Positions 39,760-47,821 are shown, numbered from the stretch's first letter. The stretch is 64,000 nt of DNA from a bacterium (GCA_043811375.1 JBDRNJ010000024.1:32001-96000); one strand, 5' to 3'. Made by a program: numbers and translations. Notes: a model not told the origin generated them from the letters alone.

Positions 39760-40871
39760 CAATCCACCTTCCGCTTCGGATAACCGACAAAAACATAGTC
39801 CCGGCCACACTTTTCAAACGAACAGCGTTCAAAAGCCACAGCCTCTGCCAGCTTCTTCACCCCCATATCGCCAACGGCACTAATGCCGTCACCTACCACG
39901 ATGGGAGCCGTGATCAGTACGCACTTGTCAACCAGTCCCGCTTTCAGAAACGACGTCGCCAGGCGGTTGCCGCCTTCCACCAGCAGGGACCGCATACCAA
40001 ACTCACCGCAGTGAGCCAGCAGTTCATGCAAATCAACCAGGCCGTTTCGGTCGGCAGACAGACCCCACCAGATCAAGTTCGCTCGGCGGCACCGGTTCGT
40101 AATAGCCGACTTCTGAAGCAACCGCCGATTGGCGGCAACAATCGTCTTACCGTCATCAATATCGTCGAGAAGACCGCACCGCCGAGGAAACCGAAGGCTG
40201 GCGGACAGGATAATACGATACGGGTTTTCTCCCCTGACTCGCCTGACCGTCAGAGCCGGGTTGTCGTTTCTGACGGTTCCCATACCAACCATCACTGCAT
40301 CGGCTTCGGCTCGCAACCGGTGCGCCAGTCGCAGTGATTCTTTTCCCGATATCCACTTGGAATCGCCGCCGACAGTGGCAATGCGACCATCAAGAGTTTG
40401 GGCCATCTTCAGAATTACCAGCGGCCGTCCGTACCGGTGATAATGGAAGTAACCTTCGTTGAGCGCCACAGCCGCTTGTTTGAGTAATCCTCTTTCAACC
40501 CGCACACCGGCTCGTTGCAGTTGCCGTGCCCCCTTTCCCATAACTCGGCGATCACTATCCCTGACCGAGTAAACAACCCGGAAAATTCCAGCCTGCACAA
40601 TTGTTTCCGTACAGGGACCGGTGCGACCGGTATGACAGCAGGGTTCCAGGTTGACGTAGAGCGTTCCGCCTTGTGCTTTTGCCCCGGCTTTTCTCAGTGC
40701 CACTCTCTCGGCGTGGTCCCGACCCGGACCGCGATGATACCCTTCGCCGACAATAACGCCCCGGCGCACGACAACCGCCCCCACCGTAGGGTTGGGCGAA
40801 GTTCGCCCCTTTCCCCGTTGGGCCAGACTAAGCGCCCGGCGCATATAAAACTCATCAGTATGTTCGGCCAT
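39759..40871 (-). CDS. ribD: Bifunctional riboflavin deaminase/reductase RibD
   Basis: PNPTVGAVV, HAE, LEPCCHTGRTGPC, AQTLDGRIA and VEGG. Start taken at the ATG at 40871 (MAEH). Confidence 0.96.
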   Translation of the reverse strand: MAEHTDEFYMRRALSLAQRGKGRTSPNPTVGAVVVRRGVIVGEGYHRGPGRDHAERVALRKAGAKAQGGTLYVNLEPCCHTGRTGPCTETIVQAGIFRVVYSVRDSDRRVMGKGARQLQRAGVRVERGLLKQAAVALNEGYFHYHRYGRPLVILKMAQTLDGRIATVGGDSKWISGKESLRLAHRLRAEADAVMVGMGTVRNDNPALTVRRVRGENPYRIILSASLRFPRRCGLLDDIDDGKTIVAANRRLLQKSAITNRCRRANLIWWGLSADRNGLVDLHELLAHCGEFGMRSLLVEGGNRLATSFLKAGLVDKCVLITAPIVVGDGISAVGDMGVKKLAEAVAFERCSFEKCGRDYVFVGYPKRKVD

Positions 40872-40897
40872 AAAAAAAACCCGAAACATACTTCGGG
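40872..40897 (-). terminator. Intrinsic terminator of the FMN riboswitch expression platform
   Basis: Minus strand CCCGAAG-TATG-TTTCGGG followed by T8. Confidence 0.85.
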
Positions 40898-40933
40898 GCA
40901 CACGTACCCTGATAACAGGTACACCTATGCTTT

Positions 40934-41050
40934 TTCTTCTCTCATCCGGACTATACCGTCGGCGCCTGAATTACACAGGCTCAACCGGGAATTTCCCAGC
41001 TCGCGGGCTGTCACCGCCGGTCGAGGAATTTCACCTCACCCCGAAGATAT
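40934..41050 (-). ncRNA. FMN riboswitch (RFN element)
   Basis: Minus strand ATATCTTCGGGGTGAGGTGAAATTCCTCGACCGGCGGTGACAGCCCGCGAG...GCCGACGGTATAGTCCGGATGAGAGAAGA matches the RFN consensus, directly upstream of ribD. Confidence 0.96.
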
Positions 41051-41057
41051 TTCGGAC

Positions 41058-41085
41058 AATATAGTGCCTGGCCGGAAAAAGGCAA
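41058..41085 (-). promoter_or_regulatory. Putative sigma70 promoter of rib operon
   Basis: TTGCCT-N16-TATATT immediately upstream of the riboswitch 5' end. Confidence 0.55.
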
Positions 41086-41172
41086 TGCCTTTTTGTAACG
41101 GACTTGCAACGCGGTCAGGCCGAGAAAGGCAGTCCCAAAAGATCCATAAGTGCTGTTCCGGACGCCAGAGTG

Positions 41173-41395
41173 GTCATGCTGAGCGGAGTCGCTGGGTGGC
41201 CCACCTTTAAGGGCTTGTTGATAAACATAACAAACGTCATAGCGAGGAGCGAAGCGACGTGGCTATCATCGTTGACATTCAATATCCGAGATTGCCACGC
41301 TGTCGCTCGCAATGACGTGAATGGGGCTTTTTTACGCGCGGTCAGGAATCCTTTCCTGACCACACCGAATGTAGCCGTCACGAAAGGATTCGAGA
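41173..41395. repeat. Composite palindromic repeat / MITE-like element
   Basis: Long imperfect inverted repeat GTCATAGCGAG..CGTGGCTATC / GATTGCCACG..CTCGCAATGAC. 37 bp (41223-41259) are identical to 45160-45196, and 41329-41384 matches 7766-7821. Confidence 0.88.
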
Positions 41396-41444
41396 TGGCG
41401 CAAGAAAAGAGAGGCCGTTGAGTCAGGGTAAAAGAGATGACCGC

Positions 41445-43493
41445 TTACGATGAGACTTCTTCAGTGAAATAGCCGTTGATTCTCTGAGCCGAACGGTCAA
41501 TGATCGAAAGGTAACGATCAAGGCCGCCATCAGTTTCACCTGTATGAGCCTTAATCATCTCAATTGATCCCAGGATACTCGACAAGGATGATTTGACCTG
41601 TCCCTTGAGAGTGGCGTTACCTGGTGCGAGCGACCGATCTTTCTCCTGTTTCCGAGTCGGCCGGTTCTGCCGTCGGCGACCCAAAGCCAACTGAATCGCC
41701 AGTGCCAACCCGGCAGCCACCGAATTGACAAACAGGATATCGGCCGGTTCGTACTGGTAGCGGGACCACCGACGCATCTCCCCCAGCGAGATGACTGCCA
41801 GTGTCTCCTGACCTACCGTCACCGGCACCAGCAGGGCCGATTGCAAACCGGGGCAACATACCTGACGTGCTTCCGCCTCGGTAATCTTCTTGCCCGTCTG
41901 TTCCTGGTTGATCATCATGAGTCGGCCGGTCTCGCGCACCAGGGAGTGGTACGGCATCAGCGACAGTATCATGTGACCGTCTTCCGGCGTCAGTCCTTCG
42001 ATAGGCCGCACCTGTGCCATAGCCCGCGATTTCAGGAAAGCGCCGTCGTATTCATAAGTAGAAACCCGCACAAAGGACGTTCTTAATTCTCGAGAAAGCA
42101 TGGTTGTCGCTGACCGGAAGATGTCCTGCAGTTCACCGGCACGACTACATTCCGCCAGGAAGCGGTTGGTTAAATCAACCCGGCGTTCAGCGATGGCCGC
42201 CTGGTGACGACTGACTTCGCGAGTCACCAAACTTCCGAGCAGCGGCGCCGCGGTATCCAGCAGAGCAACTTCCCGGGAACCGAAGCTATTGGCCTGCCGG
42301 GAAGCAATGAGCATCACCCCCTGTGGCTTGAAACCGTTGCCAAGTCGGAGAGCAACCAGGGAGCGCATTCCGGAAGACATGATCATGTTGTCAATCGGTA
42401 CACTCGTTTTTGCCGACAGGTCGTTTAGAACCAGTGGCTCGTGACGGTCGGTAACCTGCTTCAGGAAAGCCTCGTGTGACAGCATGTCCACTCGCTTCAG
42501 GTTCAGGACACTGCCGTCCTCGCCGACGGAAAAGCGGTCCATCGTCTTGCCGTCATACAAAACGGTAAGAGACATCATATCCATCGGCAGCATCTCGGTC
42601 AACCAACGACCGATCCGGGACACGTTTTCTTTCATCGGTTTCCTGGTGTCGACGACCGAACCCAGCGTACTCCGCCAGTCTCGACGGCTGTCCCTGAAGG
42701 ATTCCCTGAGATGCGTCCGACACAATTGTATCTGGCGGGAAATGATATCAGCGGCGATCTTCAGATTCAAGCGATCGGCGTCGTCAAGCAGGGTGACACG
42801 GTCATGCCACAACAGGAATAGTACCGCCGGACGCCCGTCTATCACCACCGGCAGCGTCAGGTCAGGATCGGACATGCCTTCCGGAACCTCAACACCACCC
42901 TCCGGTCGACCAGTGACAGCCTGGTCATGAAACTGAGCGGTCATATCTCCGTGGAAAGAGATTCTCCGCAAATCAGCCTCCGCTATCGAGCCGGGACCGG
43001 CCGCGCTCAGGAAGACCGATTTCCCACTCCGGCGAGAGCAAACAAACACGGCCCCTTTCTGCATATCAAAATGATCGACCATATATTGCAAAGTCCGGCT
43101 CAGCATCACCGGTACTCGTCTCTCCACCGCTGTCAGTTGCTCCAGCCTCTTGATGAAATCAAGACCGCGAACCTTCCGTTGTTTCATTTGCTGACGCCGA
43201 TGGGACAACGGCAGCCAACTCGAAATACCACTGACCAGCGTCACTAAACCCGTAATAATACCAATCCAGAAAACCAGTCGGCTAAAGATCGGGTCGGAGA
43301 CAAACGGCACCATGACCAGGAGCCCGCCGGCGCTGTACAGGTGAAACACTGCCGTTAAAGTCAGTACTACCAGCCCGCCCGAAATATGACGATAGCTGTC
43401 ACGGTCGGTGGCTATAAGCCGTTCACGCGACCGTGCCAACAATACCAGGGCACAAAGGAAGAACAGGGCTACGATCAGATTTGCCGGCTGCAT
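41445..43493 (-). CDS. Membrane-anchored multi-GAF protein ending in a degenerate HisKA-like helix pair
   Basis: Three N-terminal TMs and GAF-like segments (GMRSLVALRL; LQSALLVPVTVGQETLAVISLG). The C-terminus LKGQVKSSLSSILGSIEMI..LDRYLSIIDRSAQRI has no His and no HATPase domain. Confidence 0.75.
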   Translation of the reverse strand: MQPANLIVALFFLCALVLLARSRERLIATDRDSYRHISGGLVVLTLTAVFHLYSAGGLLVMVPFVSDPIFSRLVFWIGIITGLVTLVSGISSWLPLSHRRQQMKQRKVRGLDFIKRLEQLTAVERRVPVMLSRTLQYMVDHFDMQKGAVFVCSRRSGKSVFLSAAGPGSIAEADLRRISFHGDMTAQFHDQAVTGRPEGGVEVPEGMSDPDLTLPVVIDGRPAVLFLLWHDRVTLLDDADRLNLKIAADIISRQIQLCRTHLRESFRDSRRDWRSTLGSVVDTRKPMKENVSRIGRWLTEMLPMDMMSLTVLYDGKTMDRFSVGEDGSVLNLKRVDMLSHEAFLKQVTDRHEPLVLNDLSAKTSVPIDNMIMSSGMRSLVALRLGNGFKPQGVMLIASRQANSFGSREVALLDTAAPLLGSLVTREVSRHQAAIAERRVDLTNRFLAECSRAGELQDIFRSATTMLSRELRTSFVRVSTYEYDGAFLKSRAMAQVRPIEGLTPEDGHMILSLMPYHSLVRETGRLMMINQEQTGKKITEAEARQVCCPGLQSALLVPVTVGQETLAVISLGEMRRWSRYQYEPADILFVNSVAAGLALAIQLALGRRRQNRPTRKQEKDRSLAPGNATLKGQVKSSLSSILGSIEMIKAHTGETDGGLDRYLSIIDRSAQRINGYFTEEVSS

Positions 43494-43757
43494 TTATTCT
43501 CCTCCTTCAATTCGCTAACCAACAGCGCTACTTCAAATTATCGACATATCTCACTACTTAGTTAACCGGTGACTCAGCCTTTAAATAGACAGGTCGGCCT
43601 GGCCGACGTCGACGCCTCACCTAATGTATTACTTTAACAGATACGTGTTTCGCTGTAAACAATAAGGGTATATGATATCGATAACGTACTCGGGAGAAGC
43701 TGTCCGGAAGTCCCCCGGCGGCTATTATGAAAATGCCGATCCCTGCGGTTGTGGTTC

Positions 43758-44456
43758 TCAGGTCAAAGTACCTGTGTCTCTGCCACTACCGGGTCGACTG
43801 CCGTCGAGATCCAGGGAGGGATTGACAATACGACGGTAATTCTTGAAGTGAGTCTTGGCAATTCGGTCAAAGATTTGAGGTGGCTGCGTTGCGGCAATCT
43901 TTCTGCCGGCCTCGTCCACGATAGTGCCGGCCCCGCGTGGAATATCCATGCGGTAATGCGTTGACAATTTTCGCATTTCTCGAACAAAGACTGCCCTGGC
44001 CAGGATGGAAGCCGCCGCCACCGGCAGGATTTCTTCACCGCGCACAAACTGCCGCAGTTCAATATCCACACTCAACTTCCGCAGCGCCTGTTCTACCAGT
44101 TCCGGCTTACCGAACTTGTCGGAGATAGCCAGATCCGCCGGGTGGTCGGCAACAATCTCGGCAATGGCCCGGGCGTGCCCCTCGGCCAGCAACTTATTCA
44201 GATTCTTAATAATAGCGTAACGACGGTTGTACTCCTCGGGCTGATACACAATTATGGAGTGCGGGTAGACCGGCAGCAACCTGTCGGCAATTGTCAACAG
44301 CTTCGCCTCGGCAATCCGCTTGCTGTCGCGAACCCCCATTTCCCGCAACGCCGGCTGATCACCGGCCGAACACCAGAAGGCTGCTACCACCAAAGGACCG
44401 AAAAAGTCCCCTTTGCCGGATTCATCCACGCCGATGATTCGACGATTGGCGGCCAC
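43758..44456 (-). CDS. rnhC: Ribonuclease HIII (catalytic domain only)
   Basis: IGVDESGKGDFFGPLVV, GVRDSK, NLNKLLA.GH, ISDKF, VAAASILAR and AKTHFKN. Confidence 0.85.
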   Translation of the reverse strand: MAANRRIIGVDESGKGDFFGPLVVAAFWCSAGDQPALREMGVRDSKRIAEAKLLTIADRLLPVYPHSIIVYQPEEYNRRYAIIKNLNKLLAEGHARAIAEIVADHPADLAISDKFGKPELVEQALRKLSVDIELRQFVRGEEILPVAAASILARAVFVREMRKLSTHYRMDIPRGAGTIVDEAGRKIAATQPPQIFDRIAKTHFKNYRRIVNPSLDLDGSRPGSGRDTGTLT

Positions 44457-44459
44457 GTC

Positions 44460-45020
44460 TTAGTTGGCCCGTTCCAGGTAGTTACCGGTGCGTGTGTCAA
44501 CCTTGACCTTGTCGCCTTCTTTCACGAAAGGCGGTACCTTAACCATCAGACCGGTCTGCAGCTTCGCCGGTTTGGTGATGTTTGACACCGTGTCTCCACG
44601 CACCGATGGTTCAGTCTCTATCACCTCCAGTACCACCGCGGCAGGCAGATCGACCGAAATGGCTTCATTATCCAGAAAAACGACCTTGTATTCCTCATTT
44701 TCCAGCAGATACCAGCGGGCATCACCCAGGTTCTCCGCTGGAATAGTCACCTGCTCAAACGTCTGCGTATCCATGAAAGCCATTTCGCCGGCACTCTCAT
44801 AAAGATACTGCATCGTCTTGAAATCCATGTCCGGCGGCTTGAAAGAGTCATTGGTCGAAAAGACCTTTTCAATCACGGCGCCGGTCTTGATATGTTTGAG
44901 TTTTGTGCGAATATTGGCCTTGCCGCGACCCATCTTGAAATGCTGGTAATCGATTACATAATACGGCTGGTCGTCGACAATTATGCGCAGACCCTTACGA
45001 AAATCCGATGGTGTATACAC
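44460..45020 (-). CDS. efp: Translation elongation factor P
   Basis: GTG start after AGGAGG; HFKMGRGKA loop, QYLY, FMD.QTFEQ, RGDT and VPPFV..GD..KVDTR.G.Y.ER. Confidence 0.96.
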   Translation of the reverse strand: MYTPSDFRKGLRIIVDDQPYYVIDYQHFKMGRGKANIRTKLKHIKTGAVIEKVFSTNDSFKPPDMDFKTMQYLYESAGEMAFMDTQTFEQVTIPAENLGDARWYLLENEEYKVVFLDNEAISVDLPAAVVLEVIETEPSVRGDTVSNITKPAKLQTGLMVKVPPFVKEGDKVKVDTRTGNYLERAN

Positions 45021-45130
45021 TTCAACCTCCTGATCATTAGCCTGCAAATATAGCAAAAATCATGGCCAGCCCAAGAGAAATCTGACTGACTGTACGGTGG
45101 TAGCTTGAAAACGCTCCCATGCAATCGGTC

Positions 45131-45236
45131 GGGTGGCCCAGGGCTTGGAGCCTGTTGCAAAACATAACAAACGTCATAGCGAGGAGCGAAGCGACGAGGC
45201 TATCTCGTTGTCTGGGTGGCCCAGGGCTTGCCCTGG
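45131..45236. repeat. Truncated copy of the palindromic element flanked by 17-bp direct repeats
   Basis: GGGTGGCCCAGGGCTTG occurs at 45131-45147 and 45214-45230, bracketing a segment shared with 41223-41274. Confidence 0.85.
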
Positions 45237-45409
45237 ATTTCTTGTCAAAACTGTAGCTGGTAAATATCCACATCTGCCGTAGATCGCAGAGCATGTGGAC
45301 ATACGCCGTGCACCCAAATCTGGCTGACAGTGTGATGGTTGCGTGAAAACGATCCGATGCGGTTGTTTCGCACAAGCTGGTAAGTGGTCATAATACACCG
45401 ATTTTTCGC

Positions 45410-45438
45410 TTGACAACCGAGCAGCAATTCGTTAAACT
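45410..45438 (+). promoter_or_regulatory. Sigma70-type promoter for the plus-strand block
   Basis: TTGACA-N17-TAAACT. Confidence 0.7.
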
Positions 45439-45684
45439 CATTGTGACTCAGAGAACATTGTTCTCTTCGGAACGAGTCAGTACTCGCATAGGCGAGCAAG
45501 AGAAAACGCAACGGGACATACATCGACTCGCTAAGTACATGCTGAAGTCACGCTAACCGCCACAGTGTGACCGGTCTGATATTGAGGGTTCCGCCTTCGG
45601 GAAAGACCGGAATGTGGGATGTTGGGTTGGGCAGTTTATTTATCAGGACTGCCGCCCGGCGACTATAACGACACGTAGGAGGTT

Positions 45685-46398
45685 GTGAGCCGTCGGAAGA
45701 CGGCGAACAGGGTAGCAGTGGTAACGGGCCAGGAACATCGCCGACTTTATAGTGCTGTCGAGAGTTTCATCTGTGCGGGCAGTTCCGCGCTGTTGATCTC
45801 GGCTGCCCAACTGCATCCGGAGGTCTGGTTTCTCTCCATTGTCGCCCTGGTGCCGTTTTTGGGGCGAGTCATCCGTGCCTCGCGGGCCGAATCACTCCTG
45901 TTGGGTGTAATACTGGCCACCTGCTATGCCCTGGTAGCTCGAGCCAATGATCTCTGGATAGCCCCCGGTCCCTTCCTGCTGAAATTCCTGGTGCTAAATC
46001 TCGTCTTCTGCATCTACGCCCTGGCTGTCAACCGGCTCAAGAAAACGATCGGTTTCCATGTCATTTTCGTGGCGGCACTATGGCTGCCACTGGAGTATCT
46101 GCTCGACCGTGTCGCCGGCATCGGCAGCATCTTCACGCTGGCCGCAGGTGACTCGAGCTTTGTCATCAGGATCGGCTCCCTGTTCGGGATGCTGATGATC
46201 TCGTTTGTGGTGGTGATCGCTAACTCGCTGATCGTGATCCTACTCAAAGAACTGGCCCGGGTGTTCAAATCCGGCCGGGCACTGGTGTTTGCTGCCCCTC
46301 GTAGGAGCTTTCCAACCTTCCCACATATTCACGTCCAGCGACGCTGGTACTGTTTTCCGGATCGTCGCGCCCCGCCGCTGACCCACTCACCGGTTTAA
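45685..46398 (+). CDS. Membrane protein resembling only the N-terminal TM domain of apolipoprotein N-acyltransferase (Lnt)
   Basis: AGGAGG RBS then GTG. WFLSIVALVPFL, AALWLPLEYL and IGSLFGMLMISFVVVIANSL match the Lnt N-domain pattern. No nitrilase domain follows. Confidence 0.7.
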   Translation: MSRRKTANRVAVVTGQEHRRLYSAVESFICAGSSALLISAAQLHPEVWFLSIVALVPFLGRVIRASRAESLLLGVILATCYALVARANDLWIAPGPFLLKFLVLNLVFCIYALAVNRLKKTIGFHVIFVAALWLPLEYLLDRVAGIGSIFTLAAGDSSFVIRIGSLFGMLMISFVVVIANSLIVILLKELARVFKSGRALVFAAPRRSFPTFPHIHVQRRWYCFPDRRAPPLTHSPV

Positions 46399-46551
46399 CA
46401 ATCGGTGTTTCTCCTGGAGAGTGATGCCCAATCGGCACACAATCTAATAAGTTGGGAACTTAAGTGTGCTCTGCTGTTCACCGCTCGTTACTATTGCGGC
46501 ATACAGTAGGAAGCACAGAACGTAAGATTAAAATATTGAGGAACAAAACAA

Positions 46552-47634
46552 ATGCGTAAATTTAGTTTAGTACTATTAGCCGCCGCCCTGTTGCTGATGA
46601 GCAATGTGGCTTGGTCCCAATCACAGCAGGGCGAAAGTGATAAAGTACTCTATCACACCGTAGAGTTTACCAATGCTACGGACAGACAAGCCATTTCTGC
46701 TCCCACCGTCGGTGGCGCCCTCGGCCCCGCAGATCCGGGACAGGTCTTGAATAGTACTGTAAACGATAATGTCGGCCCTCCCAATCCTAAAGACAGCCGG
46801 ATGGGTGGTGTCGTACATGACTACGAGAATGAGGTGGACGCGTTGGCCAATAGTGGGGATGCTTACTTCTGGCACGTGGTTAGAAACACCGCGGACCTGC
46901 TTGTCTCATTCGAATACGACCCTGTTGACCCTGCTACCGCTCGCCAACGAGCTGTCTTTCGGGAGACCCCCGCAGGATTGCGGCAGAGGATGTGGTTTCA
47001 AATCCAGCTTAGCAACGTCCCGCCCTCCCCGCCAGGTGACCCCAACTTCTTTGATTTGGATGCTCTGGAAACGTACGGTCCGACTTCCGGAGATGATGCC
47101 AACATGGCTTCGTTCAACGGCGACGCCACGACTTCCGTTTGGGACTACGGGGCGGGAGGCGCTAACACCCCCTACATTTCAAAAGCCGATATTCTCACTG
47201 CCTTGAAGTCGGATTCGATTAGCTGGAGCGGGACCGATGACTGGGTCGACGTTGACGCCCTAATGGTATCCAAGTATGGTGATTCGATCATTTTCAGTAT
47301 CAGGGCCACAGGAAGCTTTGACGGCGGAGAGCTTATTGTGATGCCAGTAAGCAATCCTGGAGGTGCAACCTTCCTGAAGCACGGCATCATTGCAAACCAC
47401 GGCGACGGTACTACTAAGTGGAACACGGCCTTCGATCTCCAAACCGCTTTTGGTGTGGACACGGAAGAAATTGATGGCATCGAAGCCTGGAGGGGTGGCC
47501 CTCCCAACGATGCGGGGACGCCGCCACCGCCAATACCCTCCCTCACCACCTACGGTCTGATAGTCCTGCTGGCTCTGCTGCTGCTGTCAGGGATCATCGT
47601 GATCCGCAGGAGACGCGCAACCGCAACGGCATAG
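46552..47634 (+). CDS. Secreted surface protein with IPTL-CTERM-like sorting signal
   Basis: Signal peptide, Pro-rich linker and C-terminal IPSLTTYGLIVLLALLLLSGIIVIRRRR. Confidence 0.85.
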   Translation: MRKFSLVLLAAALLLMSNVAWSQSQQGESDKVLYHTVEFTNATDRQAISAPTVGGALGPADPGQVLNSTVNDNVGPPNPKDSRMGGVVHDYENEVDALANSGDAYFWHVVRNTADLLVSFEYDPVDPATARQRAVFRETPAGLRQRMWFQIQLSNVPPSPPGDPNFFDLDALETYGPTSGDDANMASFNGDATTSVWDYGAGGANTPYISKADILTALKSDSISWSGTDDWVDVDALMVSKYGDSIIFSIRATGSFDGGELIVMPVSNPGGATFLKHGIIANHGDGTTKWNTAFDLQTAFGVDTEEIDGIEAWRGGPPNDAGTPPPPIPSLTTYGLIVLLALLLLSGIIVIRRRRATATA

Positions 47635-47662
47635 TACTTTCGACCACTACTGACGCGATATT

Positions 47663-47700
47663 AAAAAACGGGATCGAGTGAAAACTCGGTCCCGTTTCAT
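47663..47700. terminator. Probable bidirectional intrinsic terminator
   Basis: AAACGGGATCGAG-TGAAAA-CTCGGTCCCGTTT with an A-run on the 5' side, located between convergent genes. Confidence 0.75.
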
Positions 47701-47797
47701 TTGTGTGCATGTCTGAAGCCAGTAGTATCATCTCGCGTAGAGTGGGGGCTTGTCCCCCACAAAAAAAGTGGCTATGCCACCGGTCCCGTTTCATTTG
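47687..47797. repeat. GTAG-type REP hairpin within 17-bp direct repeats
   Basis: CGGTCCCGTTTCATTTG at 47687 and 47781 flanks GTAG AGTGGGGG CTTGT CCCCCAC and GTGGC TAT GCCAC. Confidence 0.75.
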
Positions 47798-47821
47798 CGA
47801 TTATATCATAGGCTGGTAACG

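Noticed and set aside
41104..41421. Short ORFs over repeat regions (also 7696-8005 and 45037-45523)
   Set aside because: Their mutual similarity (VASLLAMTFVMF; FLRAVxNPFLT) comes from the shared DNA repeat, not from a protein family.
45440..45684. T-box, lysine, cobalamin or c-di-GMP riboswitch call for the leader
   Set aside because: Only scattered short matches; no GGTGGNACCGCG T-box or complete aptamer consensus. Kept as an unknown structured leader.
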